A DNA stretch of 64,000 bases from contig CAVXVB010000009.1 in NCBI GenBank assembly GCA_963765205.1, forward strand, positions 256,001-320,000, read 5' to 3'. The position numbers were made by a program, and so were the translations under genes. This stretch comes from an uncultured Verrucomicrobiae bacterium (GTDB lineage: Bacteria > Verrucomicrobiota > Verrucomicrobiia > Opitutales > JABDGR01). Below are positions 40,388 through 50,880 of this stretch, one piece after another (position 1 is the stretch's first letter; each line of letters begins with the position of its first letter). The notes under the pieces were generated by a model. The model did not search any database. It had not been told where the DNA came from and saw nothing but the letters and a program-made list of their open reading frames with translations.

Positions 40388-42259
40388 ATGTGTGGCATCG
40401 TCGGCTATGTGGGCAAACAAGCGGCCAGTGGCATCCTGCTGGAGGGCCTCAAGCGGCTCGAATACCGGGGTTACGACTCCGCGGGCTTGGCCGTGAACAC
40501 GCGGTCCGGCCTCCAAGTGATCAAAAAGGCGGGCCGCGTCGAAGTCCTCGCGCGCGCCGCCATAGGGGTCAAGGACTCCGCGCACACGGGCATTGCGCAC
40601 ACGCGTTGGGCGACGCACGGGCGGGTGACGGACGCGAACGCGCACCCGCACGTCAGCTCCGACCACAAAATCGCGCTGTGCCACAACGGGGTCATCGAGA
40701 ATTACCTGGCGATCAAAAAGTTCTGCGAGAACCACGGCTACACTTTCCAGTCCGAGACCGACACGGAGGTGCTCGCCAACCTCATTGCCTACCATTACCA
40801 GAAAGAGCCGCCAGAGCAGAAAACGGCGGCGGGGAACGGCAAGAACCGCTTTCTCACCGCAGTGCGCAAGGCGCTTTTGCACGTTGAGGGCACCTATGGC
40901 ATTGCGGTGCTGTGTGCAGACCAGCCGGGCCACATCGTCGGCGCGCGCAAAGGCTCGCCGTTGGTCGTGGGTGTGGGCAACGGCGAGAACATGATCGCCT
41001 CGGATGTCTCAGCCTTCACCGGCCGCACGCAGAACGTTATCTACCTCGACGACGGCCAGGTCGTGCATTTGACTGCGGACGACTTCAGCATCACCACGAC
41101 CGCCGACGAGGCGGTGGACCCGGTCATCGCCAAGGTGGACTGGGAAATTGAGCAGGCCGAGTTGGGGCACTTCACGCATTTTATGGAGAAGGAAATTTTC
41201 GAGCAGCCCGTCGCGCTCGAAAACGCGATCCGCGGGCGCTTTTCCGACGACCAAAGCACTGCAAAATTTGGCGGCCTCAATATTGACCCGCTGCAACTGC
41301 GCCATGTGGACCGGTTGTTGTTTTGCGCGTGCGGCACCGCCTGGCACGCCTGCCTCGTTGCCGAATATCTGATTGAGCGTTTCGCGCGCATCCCGGTCGA
41401 GGTCGAATACGCGAGCGAGTTCCGCTACCGCAATGCGCCGCTGGACAAGAACACGCTCGTGCTGGTCATCTCGCAATCCGGCGAGACGATTGACACGCTG
41501 GAGGCGCTCCGCGAGGCCAAGCGCAAGGGTTTTCGCACGCTGGCGGTCATCAATGTCGTCGGCTCGACCATCGCGCGCGAGACCGACGGGGGCATCTACC
41601 AGCACGCCGGCCCGGAAATCGGCGTCGCTTCGACCAAGGCGTTCACCTCGCAAATTTTGCTGGCGGCCATGCTCGCGCTTTATTTTGGCCGCGCGCGGGA
41701 TTTGAGTTTCACCGAGGGCCGCACGATGGTTGACGCCCTGCGCACGGTGCCCGGCCTGGCGAGCCAGGTGCTGGATCAGGCGGACAAAATCAAGGTCATT
41801 GCGAAAAAATACGCGCAGGCGGAGGACTTTTTGTTTTTGGGCCGGCAGGCGATGTTTCCCATCGCCCTCGAGGGTGCGCTCAAGCTCAAGGAAATTTCCT
41901 ACATCCATGCCGAGGGCTATCCCGCCGCGGAGATGAAGCACGGCCCCATTGCCCTCATCAGCCCGGAATGCCCGACGGTGTTCCTCGCGCCGCGCGGCGA
42001 GATGCTGAAAAAACTCATTTCCAACATCCAGGAAGTGCGCGCGCGCAAAGGCCCGGTCATCTGCATCACCTCCGCCCCGCGCGACGAATTGCCCGAGGAT
42101 TTGGTCGACGACATCATCCGCGTGCCCGACGCGCACGAGGCCATCCAGCCGATTCTCTTTACGCTGCCCATCCAGTTGCTGGCGTATTACATCGCCTGCG
42201 AACGCGGCTGCGACGTGGACAAGCCGCGCAACCTGGCCAAATCGGTGACGGTGGAATGA
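40388..42259 (+). CDS. glmS: Glutamine-fructose-6-phosphate transaminase
   Basis: MCGIVG, EYRGYDSAG, HTRWATHG, SQSGET, VASTK, PRNLAKSVTVE. Confidence 0.97.
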   Translation: MCGIVGYVGKQAASGILLEGLKRLEYRGYDSAGLAVNTRSGLQVIKKAGRVEVLARAAIGVKDSAHTGIAHTRWATHGRVTDANAHPHVSSDHKIALCHNGVIENYLAIKKFCENHGYTFQSETDTEVLANLIAYHYQKEPPEQKTAAGNGKNRFLTAVRKALLHVEGTYGIAVLCADQPGHIVGARKGSPLVVGVGNGENMIASDVSAFTGRTQNVIYLDDGQVVHLTADDFSITTTADEAVDPVIAKVDWEIEQAELGHFTHFMEKEIFEQPVALENAIRGRFSDDQSTAKFGGLNIDPLQLRHVDRLLFCACGTAWHACLVAEYLIERFARIPVEVEYASEFRYRNAPLDKNTLVLVISQSGETIDTLEALREAKRKGFRTLAVINVVGSTIARETDGGIYQHAGPEIGVASTKAFTSQILLAAMLALYFGRARDLSFTEGRTMVDALRTVPGLASQVLDQADKIKVIAKKYAQAEDFLFLGRQAMFPIALEGALKLKEISYIHAEGYPAAEMKHGPIALISPECPTVFLAPRGEMLKKLISNIQEVRARKGPVICITSAPRDELPEDLVDDIIRVPDAHEAIQPILFTLPIQLLAYYIACERGCDVDKPRNLAKSVTVE

Positions 42260-42268
42260 AGTTTTCCC

Positions 42269-43222
42269 ATGCTTGAGCGACCGACTTGGCCAAACATCGA
42301 AGTCCTGTGCAGTGACTGGCCAGACTACGCTTTGCTCGACTCCGGGCGGCGACGCAAGCTGGAGCGGTTTGGCGCGCAGGTCATCATCCGCAGTGAGCCG
42401 AAGGCGTGGTGGGAGCCGGCGTTGCCGGAAGCAGAGTGGGCGCGCGCGCAGGCGGTGCATGAAAACGACGACCGCTGGCAACTGGCGTCGGGCGCGGTGC
42501 GCGAGTGGACGATGCGCTGGCGCGAATTGACGCTCCAGGCGAAACTCACCGACGCCTCGAAACACCTCGGTGTTTTTCCCGAGCAGGCGCCGCATTGGGA
42601 GTTTATTCGGGCGCGGAGCGCAATGGAAAATGGAAAATGGAAAATGGAAAAAGCCGGGGCTGGCGGTGACCGTGGTGGAGCGGCGGAGGATGGCGAACGG
42701 CCCAAGCTGCTCAATTTATTCGGCTACACGGGGGTGGCGACGCTGGCGGCGGCGGCTGCGGGTTTTGCCGTGACGCATGTCGATGCCTCAAAACCGGCGG
42801 TGGCGTGGGCGCGGCACAACCAAAAGCTTTCCGGCCTTGACGAAGCGCCGATCCGCTGGATTCTCGACGACGCGGTGAAATTTGTCCGGCGCGAAATCCG
42901 GCGCGGCGTGCGTTACGACGCGCTGGCGCTCGACCCGCCGTCGTTTGGCCGCGGCCCGGCGGGCGAAATCTGGAAAGTCGAGACCGGCTTGCCGGAATTG
43001 CTGGCGCTGTGCCGCGAGGTGCTCGTTGAAAAACCGCGTTTCGTGCTGCTGACGCTCTATAATCTGGAAGCATCGTCGCTGATGCTTGGCAACGTGCTTG
43101 AACAAATGATGCGCGGGCAGCCGGGCCGGATTAGCATCGGCGAATTGGCGCTGGCCGCCACCGCGCCGGGCTCGCGGCTACTGCCGCTTTCGTTGTGGGG
43201 GAGATGGGAAGGAGTGGGGTGA
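42269..43222 (+). CDS. Class I SAM-dependent methyltransferase (RlmI/YwbD-like) with an in-frame repeat insertion
   Basis: DYALLDSG..RKLERFG, KHLGVFPEQA..W, LNLFGYTG, LDPPSFGRGP. Confidence 0.85.
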   Translation: MLERPTWPNIEVLCSDWPDYALLDSGRRRKLERFGAQVIIRSEPKAWWEPALPEAEWARAQAVHENDDRWQLASGAVREWTMRWRELTLQAKLTDASKHLGVFPEQAPHWEFIRARSAMENGKWKMEKAGAGGDRGGAAEDGERPKLLNLFGYTGVATLAAAAAGFAVTHVDASKPAVAWARHNQKLSGLDEAPIRWILDDAVKFVRREIRRGVRYDALALDPPSFGRGPAGEIWKVETGLPELLALCREVLVEKPRFVLLTLYNLEASSLMLGNVLEQMMRGQPGRISIGELALAATAPGSRLLPLSLWGRWEGVG

Positions 43223-43339
43223 GAAGTCAGAAGTCAGAAGCCAGAAGTTCGGGCGAAAAAATGCAAGACAGTGATCTGGCAAGATTTTTTCTGGACTCCT
43301 GACTCCTAAATTCTGTCTTCTGTCTCCCTCCCTCCGCCC

Positions 43340-44551
43340 CTACCGCTTCGCCGTGGTCGTTTTGATTTCGAGACGGTCAATGATGGAGGCGTCGTTGGCA
43401 TGGTTGACGGCGTCTTCGAACGAGATGATGCCCCGCTCGTAAAGCGAGATCAGCGATTGCTCGAGCGTGTTCATGCCTTCCTTGACGCGCGTTTCGATGG
43501 CGCCGTTGATCTGCTGCCAGTTGCCGGTGCGAATAAGGTTGGCGATCGCGTGGTTGTTGCGCAGCACTTCCATCGCCACGCAGCGCCCGTGCCCGTTGGC
43601 GCGCGGGATGAGTTTTTGGCAGATGACGTAGGACAAGCTGAAGGACAATTGCACCATCAGCTCGCGGTTGCGCTCGGGCGGGAACATGTCCACCATGCGG
43701 GTCAGCGCGCCGACGGTGTCGCGCGTGTGCATGGTCGAGAAGACGAGGTGGCCGGTTTCCGCGGCGGTCAGGGCCTGCGAGGCGGTTTCGGCGTCGCGAA
43801 TTTCGCCGACGTAGATGATGTCGGGGTTTTCGCGCAAAACGCTGCGCAGGCCGGAGGCGAAGCTGACGGCGTGCAGGCCGACTTCGCGCTGGGAAAAGAG
43901 CGCGCGCTTGTTGGGGAACACGAATTCAATCGGGTCCTCAAGGGTGATGACGCGCACCGGGCGCAATTCGTTGATGCGCGCGAGCAGGCTGGCGATGGTG
44001 GTGGACTTGCCGCTGCCCGTCATGCCGGTGAGGAGCACAAAGCCCTGCTTGGCCCCGACGATGCTGCGCCAGGGAATCTCCGAGGGAAAGCCGATTTCCT
44101 CGACGCGCGGGATGAAGGGCGGCAGCAGGCGGATGACCGCCGCCAGGCCGTCGCGGTCCCGAAAGACGTTGATGCGGAAATAATAATTGCCGCCGGGCAG
44201 CTCGAAGGCGGCGTCCACGTCCACCAGCGGATCGTTGCGCAATTGGGCGATGTGGCTGGGGCGCAGCAGGGAGAAGACCATCGGCTCGATCAACTCCGGG
44301 GTGAGCCGCACGCCACCGGGGATGGTCTGCAATTCATCATCGAGGCGGAAGCGCACCGGCTCGCCGACTTTCAGGTGAAAGTCGGAGACGCGCGGCAGGC
44401 CGTGGCTGAGATATTCCTTGGAAACGGCGCTGGCCAGCAAGTCCACCATGCTGTAAACATGGTCGCCGGCCTTGTAGATTTTGCGCTGGGGATCGAACGG
44501 CCCCGCGGGGTCCTTTTCGCTCGGTGGGATGGCTGGTAGCGGATCGGGCAT
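43340..44551 (-). CDS. pilT: PilT/PilU family type IV pilus ATPase
   Basis: GMTGSGKSTT, TLEDPIEF, LRENPDIIYVGEIRD, AAETGHLVFSTMHT. Confidence 0.85.
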   Translation of the reverse strand: MPDPLPAIPPSEKDPAGPFDPQRKIYKAGDHVYSMVDLLASAVSKEYLSHGLPRVSDFHLKVGEPVRFRLDDELQTIPGGVRLTPELIEPMVFSLLRPSHIAQLRNDPLVDVDAAFELPGGNYYFRINVFRDRDGLAAVIRLLPPFIPRVEEIGFPSEIPWRSIVGAKQGFVLLTGMTGSGKSTTIASLLARINELRPVRVITLEDPIEFVFPNKRALFSQREVGLHAVSFASGLRSVLRENPDIIYVGEIRDAETASQALTAAETGHLVFSTMHTRDTVGALTRMVDMFPPERNRELMVQLSFSLSYVICQKLIPRANGHGRCVAMEVLRNNHAIANLIRTGNWQQINGAIETRVKEGMNTLEQSLISLYERGIISFEDAVNHANDASIIDRLEIKTTTAKR

Positions 44552-44725
44552 GATAGAGGAGGATCTACAGAAAAGATGCTCCGGGTGGGAGCACAGCGGG
44601 GCGGAATTCTCTTATCAGTTAAAGGAGCGGCTTGCCGAAAAAGGTTGGGCAGCGGGCCGGGAAAAACGCCAAATTTGGCCACGCAAAAGGCTGTTGGGGA
44701 ACGACCCCCAATGCAAGCCCGAAGC

Positions 44726-45484
44726 TCAGGACGGCCAGTAGACCACGCGGCCGCAACTGTCGCACGCGACGGGTTTGCCGCCGTGGCGGGCGGCTTCGGA
44801 GATTTCGTTGGACACGCGGAGGTGGCAGCCGCCGCAGCGGTGGTCGTCGAGGGGGGCCAGGTAGGGCGGGCGTTTGGCGCGGGATTTGGCCGTGTCGTAG
44901 GCCCGCCGCCAGTTGGCGGGGACGCTGGCGGCCGCGGCTTCGACCGCGCCGGTTTGGGCTTCGAGGTTGGCCCGGCATTGCGCTTCCTTGCGGTGGACGA
45001 GCGCGACCTGGCCGTCGAGGTTGGCGGCGCGCAGCTTATACTCGGCCTCGGCGGCGCGCAGGGCTGCGGTCGCCTCGTCAATTTTCATCATTTGCTCGAG
45101 TTCCTCGGTCTCGATGGCGCCAACGCCGGCCTCGGCGGTTTCAATTTGGTGCGAGAGCGCCTGGTATTCGTCGTTTTTGCGCACCTCGACTTGCTGGATC
45201 TTGAACTTTTGCACCTGCGCCTCGGCCAACTTGAGGCGGTTGTCCATGTCCTTGCGCTGGACTTCGAGGTCCTGCAGGGCTTTGCGCCGGGCTTCGAGGA
45301 TGGCTTTTTCCTCGGCGGCGGTTTTGGCTAGCGCGGCCAGTTCCGCCGGAATCTGTTTCAATTGCGCCTCCAACTGCGTGCGGATGACATCCGTCTCCTG
45401 GAGTTTGAGCGTGGCGGTGAGCGCCGCATTGAGTTCGGCCGGGGTCGGCGCCGCGCCGTGGGGATGCAAATTCGCCGTCGTCAT
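44726..45484 (-). CDS. Coiled-coil protein with C4 zinc ribbon (DUF164/CT398-like)
   Basis: Long coiled coil; CGGCHL..CDSCGRVVY. Confidence 0.8.
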   Translation of the reverse strand: MTTANLHPHGAAPTPAELNAALTATLKLQETDVIRTQLEAQLKQIPAELAALAKTAAEEKAILEARRKALQDLEVQRKDMDNRLKLAEAQVQKFKIQQVEVRKNDEYQALSHQIETAEAGVGAIETEELEQMMKIDEATAALRAAEAEYKLRAANLDGQVALVHRKEAQCRANLEAQTGAVEAAAASVPANWRRAYDTAKSRAKRPPYLAPLDDHRCGGCHLRVSNEISEAARHGGKPVACDSCGRVVYWPS

Positions 45485-47280
45485 GCCGCCATTGAGCCGG
45501 GCGGCGCGAAATAGGCAACCGCAAATGGCGGCCAATAATTTTGTCCGCTTTCCAGCGCCGGCGGTGCTATTATTATAAGACCCCATCATGGATGACTGCG
45601 AATTATTGCGAGAATACCGCGAGCACCGCTCCGACCAGGCCTTTGCCGAACTGGTGGAGCGGTATCTCCCGCTCGTTTATACAACCGCTTGCCGGGTGTT
45701 GGGCCAGCCCCCGGCCGCGGAAGACGTGGCCCAGGCGGTCTTTATTCAACTTGCCCAAAAGGCGCCTTCCCTTCGGGAAGGCCAGGCGCTGGCGGGCTGG
45801 CTTTACCGGGCCGCCCAACACGACGCCTTGAATGCCCTGCGCCGCGAAAAAAGGCGCCGCCAACGTGAAACCGCAGCCATGAATCTCGCCGAAGAAAGTT
45901 CCCGTCCGCAGGTTGTGCCCGAGCAACTCGCGCCGTTGCTTGAACAGGCCATTGGGCAATTGCGCCGGGTGGAACAGGACGCCATCGTGCTGCGTTTTTT
46001 CCAGGGCAAGAGCTTCCGCGAAACCGGCCAGGTCCTGGCGATGAGCGAAGAAGCCGCGCGCAAACGGGTGGACCGCGCGTTGGACAAAATGCGCGCGTAC
46101 TTTGCCCGCTGCGGCATCACCGCCAGCGCCGCGTTGCTGACCTCGACCCTCAGCGCCCACGGGGCCGGGTCGCCGGTGCCCGCAGGATTGGCCGCCAAAG
46201 TGGCGGGGGTCTCGGTGGCGAACGCCGCCTCCGGCACGCTCGCCGGCTCATTCTTGAACGCGCTTTATATGGCCACCAACACCAAAATCATCCTGACCGC
46301 CGCGCTCCTCGGCGCGGCCTTTGCCATCGGCTGGTCTAGCTCCGACTTCGCGCCAGCCCAGCCTTTACCCTCCGTCAAGGAGGTGGTCGTCAAAAATGTT
46401 CCGCGATCACCCGCCGACGCCCTGGCCCAAGCCAGAGCCGACCTCGCCAAACTTCTCCGCCTCCCTGACCAAGATGATCGCCGACGGATGATTTTGGATT
46501 ATGTGGCAAAGCTGAACGCTTCAGACACCCGGGCCTTGCTGGCCGAATTTGCGGCCAAGCCGTTGACCGGATCCAACCAGGAACTTTTGGACTACATGGC
46601 CTACCACTGGGCTGAATTAGACCCTGACGCCGCCTGGGCTTGGTTGCAGACCGTTCCAAGTAAGCAGGTGCAAAGCCTTTGCGCCAATAGTATCTTTGAC
46701 GCTTATTCGGCCAAGGACGCGCCAGCCGCTTTCAAAGCTCTCACCAAATTGCCCGCCAATTATGACTTCATCCAACTGGCTGTGACCGTGATTAATAATT
46801 ATGCCGAGCAGGATCCGCGCGCCGCTCTGGCTGCGCTGCAGAACGCTTTTAATAATAACCGAGCTTTCGAGCCGTTTTTTCCGGAAGTCTTTGGTCAATG
46901 GACCCAGCAGGATCCGGCCGCCGCCGCGGCCGCGCAAGCTGACCTGCCGGCTGGCCCTCAGCAAACATCCGCTTTGCGAACGATTGCCCAAACTTGGGCC
47001 ACGCAAGACCCAGCGGCGGCGCTGGCGTGGGCCAACACATTGCCTGACGCTCAAAGGCAAACGATGGCAGTAAATCTTATTTTGAATGCTTCTAGCAAGG
47101 TGGATCCGGCGGCGGCGGCAAACTATGTTCTCGCTAATTCCTCATCTGCACCAGGTGGGGCGGCCCTCTCAACTATTGTTGTTCAAAACTGGGCGGCAGT
47201 CGATCCTTCGGCCTTGCTGACTTGGGCCAACCAAAATCTTACCGGCCAGGCTTACAACCGGGCAGCCATTCAAGGGCTTA

Positions 47281-48162
47281 GAGCTTATCCGTAAATAAGG
47301 ATTGCGTTGAGAAGGCGGCGGGATAAACTGCGGGGATGCCGCGACTATCCTCCTGGGAAATCTCTGATGAATTCTGGGCCAAAGTCGAGCCTTTGGTTCC
47401 CGCGCGCGCCGGCCGGAAGGCGGGCGGGCGCTACCGTCGCGCCGCAGGCGCGGGCCGCAAGGCCCTCGCGCCTCGACGCATCTTCGAGGCGGTGGTTTAC
47501 GTGCTGCGCACGGGTTGCCAGTGGAAAGCGCTGTCCAAGGCCCGGTATGGCAGCGCCAGTTCCGTGCACAAATACTTTCAGCAGTGGCACGCCGCCGGAT
47601 TCTTCGAGGCGTTGTGGCGGGCCGGTCTGGCCGACTACGATGAATTGGAGGGCATCGCGTGGCGGTGGCAAAGCATCGATGGCTCCCTGGTCAAGGCCCC
47701 TCTGGCGCGCGAAGCGGTGGGAGCCAACCCCACCGACCGGGGAAAAAAATGGGAGCAAGCGCAGCGTGCTGGTGGACGCCCGTGGCGTCCCGCTGTCGCT
47801 CATCGTCGCCGGGGCCAATGAACACGACGTGACGCTGGTGCGCCGCACGTTGCGCCAGCGCCACGACCGGCGCACGGCCCATTTGTGTGCCGACAAGGGT
47901 TACTGGGGGAAACCGGGCCTGCGCACCATGCGCCAATACGGCTACCGTCCGCATGTGCCTGCCCGCGGAGCCAAACCAGCCCCGCGCCGATCCACCGGCC
48001 AAGCCCGTCGCTGGGTGGTGGAACGCACCGCTTCCTGGCTCAACCGCTACCGCAAACTCCTCGTGCGGTTTGAGAAAACCGCCGCCTCCCACGAAGCCTT
48101 GCTCTGTCTCGCCAGCGCGCTTATTGTTTACAGACGAACAACTTTTATTTACGGATAAGCTC
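47281..48162 (+). mobile_element. IS5-family insertion sequence (IS427-like, two ORFs), 882 bp
   Basis: 18-bp TIRs GAGCTTATCCGTAAATAA (47281-47298, reverse complement at 48145-48162); TTA TSD (47278-47280, 48163-48165). Confidence 0.95.
47336..48158 (+). CDS. IS5-family transposase in two frames joined at GGGGAAAAAAA (47739-47749)
   Basis: OrfA YVLRTGCQWKAL..WQSIDG; OrfB GSKRSVLVD..G.P, ADKGY, RWVVERT.SWL..YRKL..RFEK. Confidence 0.9.
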
Positions 48163-48710
48163 TTAGTCAACTGGGCAATTCCGACCCTGCGGCGGCGGCG
48201 GCCTACCTGGCCCAAAATCCCGATCCCGACGTTGTTGCCCAAGCGGTTCCCGCGCTCGCCGCCGCCTGGGGGCAGCAGGATCCGCCAGCCGCGCTGGCGT
48301 GGGCGCAGTCTTTGCCTTCGGACAATGTCAGCTTGCGCAAAACGGCGATCAGCCAGGCAATCTCGGGCTGGGGGGGGAACCAACCCTGCCGCTGCCGCCG
48401 CCTACATCCAGCAAAACTTCGCCGCCAGCCCTGATTTTGGCAATCTGACCTCCCATTTAGCCACCACATGGGGAGCCACTGATCCGCAAGCCGCAGTGCA
48501 ATGGGCCAAAAGTTTGCCCTCTGATGTGCAAGCACCTGCTTCCATCGCGGCGGTCACCCAGCTTGGTAAAGTCGATCCCGAGGCAGGAAGCAAGGCTGCG
48601 CAAGCAGCGCTCGGCAGCCTTCCCAACCTGACCGAGAGCCAACAAACCGCCTTGCAAAAGATCATTGACGCCGCTGTTTCGCATTAACCAGCCCAATTAT
48701 TCCTTGCCCC

Positions 48711-50798
48711 ATGTCACCGCCCATGCCAATTCCATCCGCAAAGAATAAGGCCCCCGCCCAATCCTGGAAGGCGTGGGCCAGGCTGGTTGCATTCATAATC
48801 GTCGCCTTTGCCGGCGGACGCTATCTGGCCGGCCATCTGGCAGGTTCTGGCACCGGCACTTCGGGCAAAAGTGACGCATCCCGGCATGTTCCAGCAAAGA
48901 AATCCGGCCCTCCCTCCGCTAGCGAAATCGCCGAAGCCAAAACGAATCTTGCCGAAGTTCTTAGCACGCCTGGCCGGCTGGCCAGCATTCAAGCACTTGA
49001 CGATTATGTTGCGACCCTCGACAAAGACATGGTGAAGGCACTACTGAACGACCTAAACAAGCAAGGAGCGATACCCGCCCTCTATCGCTATCGCGTCCTG
49101 CCCGAGCTGATGAATCGCTGGGCGGAATTGGATCCTCAAGCCGCCATCAGCTGGTTATTGAATAGTGCCGAACCCAGTATGAAGGAGTACTGCACTGAGG
49201 ATCTATTTGATGCTCTTTCCGCCCGCGACCCCGCCGCCGCTCTCGCTGCTTGGCCCCAGTTCCGAGGACAGCCTGGCGCAGTTTTTGGAATTTATAGAAT
49301 ATTTGAAAGCTACGCTCAACAAAATCCTCAGGCCGCCTTGGCGGCGCTGCAAGCCCTGCCTCCGGGCCTCCTGCCTCCGGGCACAGAGTCCTCTAATGTA
49401 TATTCCTCCATATTTACCGCCTGGGCCGAACAAAACCCCGCCGCCGCCGCGGCCGCCGTCGCCAATATGGCGCCCAGCGCCGCGCGTAATGATTCTCTGG
49501 ATGCGATCATTCGCACTTGGACACCGCAAGACCCTACGGCGGCTTTGGCTTGGGCGCAGACATTCCCTCCCGGCAAACTAAAAGATGCGGTGGTTGACAC
49601 AGTGATCCAGGTTGCCAGTCAAAATGACCCGGCGGACGCGGCCAATTACGCCATGCAACTGCCCAGTGGCGCGAACCAAGATATTCTTCTTAATGGAATT
49701 ATTAACAATTGGGCGCAAGCCGACCCGACTCAGTTGTTGAATTGGGCTGGCCAAAACCTGACCGGCGCGCAATACGACACCGCCACCTTGGCCGCGCTGA
49801 GAGTGGAGAGCACAACCAACCCCGCTGCGGCCGCGGCTTTAGTGACGCAAAATAATGATGCCAATATTACCAACCAAACTATTTTGTCAATTGCCCAAAA
49901 TTGGACCCAACAGGATCCCCAAGCGGCTTTATCCTGGGCGGTGTCTCTGCCGGTGGACAATACCACCACCCGAGACACCGCCATCAAGGATGTTCTTTCA
50001 GCATGGATCGGCAGTGATCCGAGTGCCATGGCCGCTTACCTCGTGCAAAATTTCGCCACGGATCCGTCTTTTACGACACTCGCCACCTCGACCGCAGCCA
50101 CCTGGGAAAAATCTGATCCACAGTCAGCGTTAACGTGGGTCAATAGCCTGCCTCCGGGCGAGGCCCAAAACTCGGCGACCTTGGCTGCCATCGGTAGTTA
50201 CGCCTCGGCAAACCCTCAGGCTGCCTGGAACGTCGCATCGCAATTACCTGGTGCAACCAGGACTCAAGCAGAGCTAAATGTAATCACTACTTGGGCCTCG
50301 GCGGACCCTCAATCTGCTTGGAACGTTGCATCGCAATTATCTGATGCAACCGGAACTCAAGCAGAGCTAAATATAATCACTGCCTGGGCAAGGAAGAATC
50401 CGGCTCAAGCAGCCCAAGCCATTGCAAACATTCCGGCTGGTCCAGAACTCGACACGGCCACGTCTACAGTGGCGGGAAGCTGGTTGATTTCCGATCCTAA
50501 TTCCGCTTCGCAATGGGTTAACACGCTGCCCCAAGGCTCCGCCAAAGATGCGGCCATCAATCAGATCATAACGATTGTTGGCAAAAACGACCCCGGAACG
50601 GCTTATAATTGGGCCGTCACAATGAGCGATCCAGCCGTTCGCAATGACCAAGCGGTCAGCCTTGCCACGCACTGGTCTAATCAAAACCCCGCCGCTGCCG
50701 CTACGGCCGCGCAAAACGCGCTGGGCAACCTCTCTGGCCTGACCCCCGACCAGCAAGCCGCCCTCCAAAGCATCGCGGCCAAGGCGTCTGCGCCTTGA
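48711..50798 (+). CDS. Membrane-anchored helical-repeat protein, paralogue of the ECF extension
   Basis: N-terminal TM; many W.x.x.DP.AA..W repeats; similar to the ECF ectodomain from the first helix to the C-terminus. Confidence 0.8.
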   Translation: MSPPMPIPSAKNKAPAQSWKAWARLVAFIIVAFAGGRYLAGHLAGSGTGTSGKSDASRHVPAKKSGPPSASEIAEAKTNLAEVLSTPGRLASIQALDDYVATLDKDMVKALLNDLNKQGAIPALYRYRVLPELMNRWAELDPQAAISWLLNSAEPSMKEYCTEDLFDALSARDPAAALAAWPQFRGQPGAVFGIYRIFESYAQQNPQAALAALQALPPGLLPPGTESSNVYSSIFTAWAEQNPAAAAAAVANMAPSAARNDSLDAIIRTWTPQDPTAALAWAQTFPPGKLKDAVVDTVIQVASQNDPADAANYAMQLPSGANQDILLNGIINNWAQADPTQLLNWAGQNLTGAQYDTATLAALRVESTTNPAAAAALVTQNNDANITNQTILSIAQNWTQQDPQAALSWAVSLPVDNTTTRDTAIKDVLSAWIGSDPSAMAAYLVQNFATDPSFTTLATSTAATWEKSDPQSALTWVNSLPPGEAQNSATLAAIGSYASANPQAAWNVASQLPGATRTQAELNVITTWASADPQSAWNVASQLSDATGTQAELNIITAWARKNPAQAAQAIANIPAGPELDTATSTVAGSWLISDPNSASQWVNTLPQGSAKDAAINQIITIVGKNDPGTAYNWAVTMSDPAVRNDQAVSLATHWSNQNPAAAATAAQNALGNLSGLTPDQQAALQSIAAKASAP

Positions 50799-50880
50799 AC
50801 GGACACAAAGGAATTGCCCAAAAAAATCCTCCTTTGCACTCTTGGCGTCTTTGCGGTGAAAATCAATTACCCAAAAGGCG

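Larger units (their letters stand above)
45588..48687 (+). pseudogene. ECF sigma factor with TM helix and long helical-repeat C-terminal extension, disrupted by IS5 and a G8 frameshift
   Basis: D.ELL..Y...S..AFAELV.RY..LV; LAGWLYR; sigma4 EEAARKRV.RALDKMR; removing the IS plus TSD and one G at 48370-48377 restores a 737-aa ORF. Confidence 0.85.
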
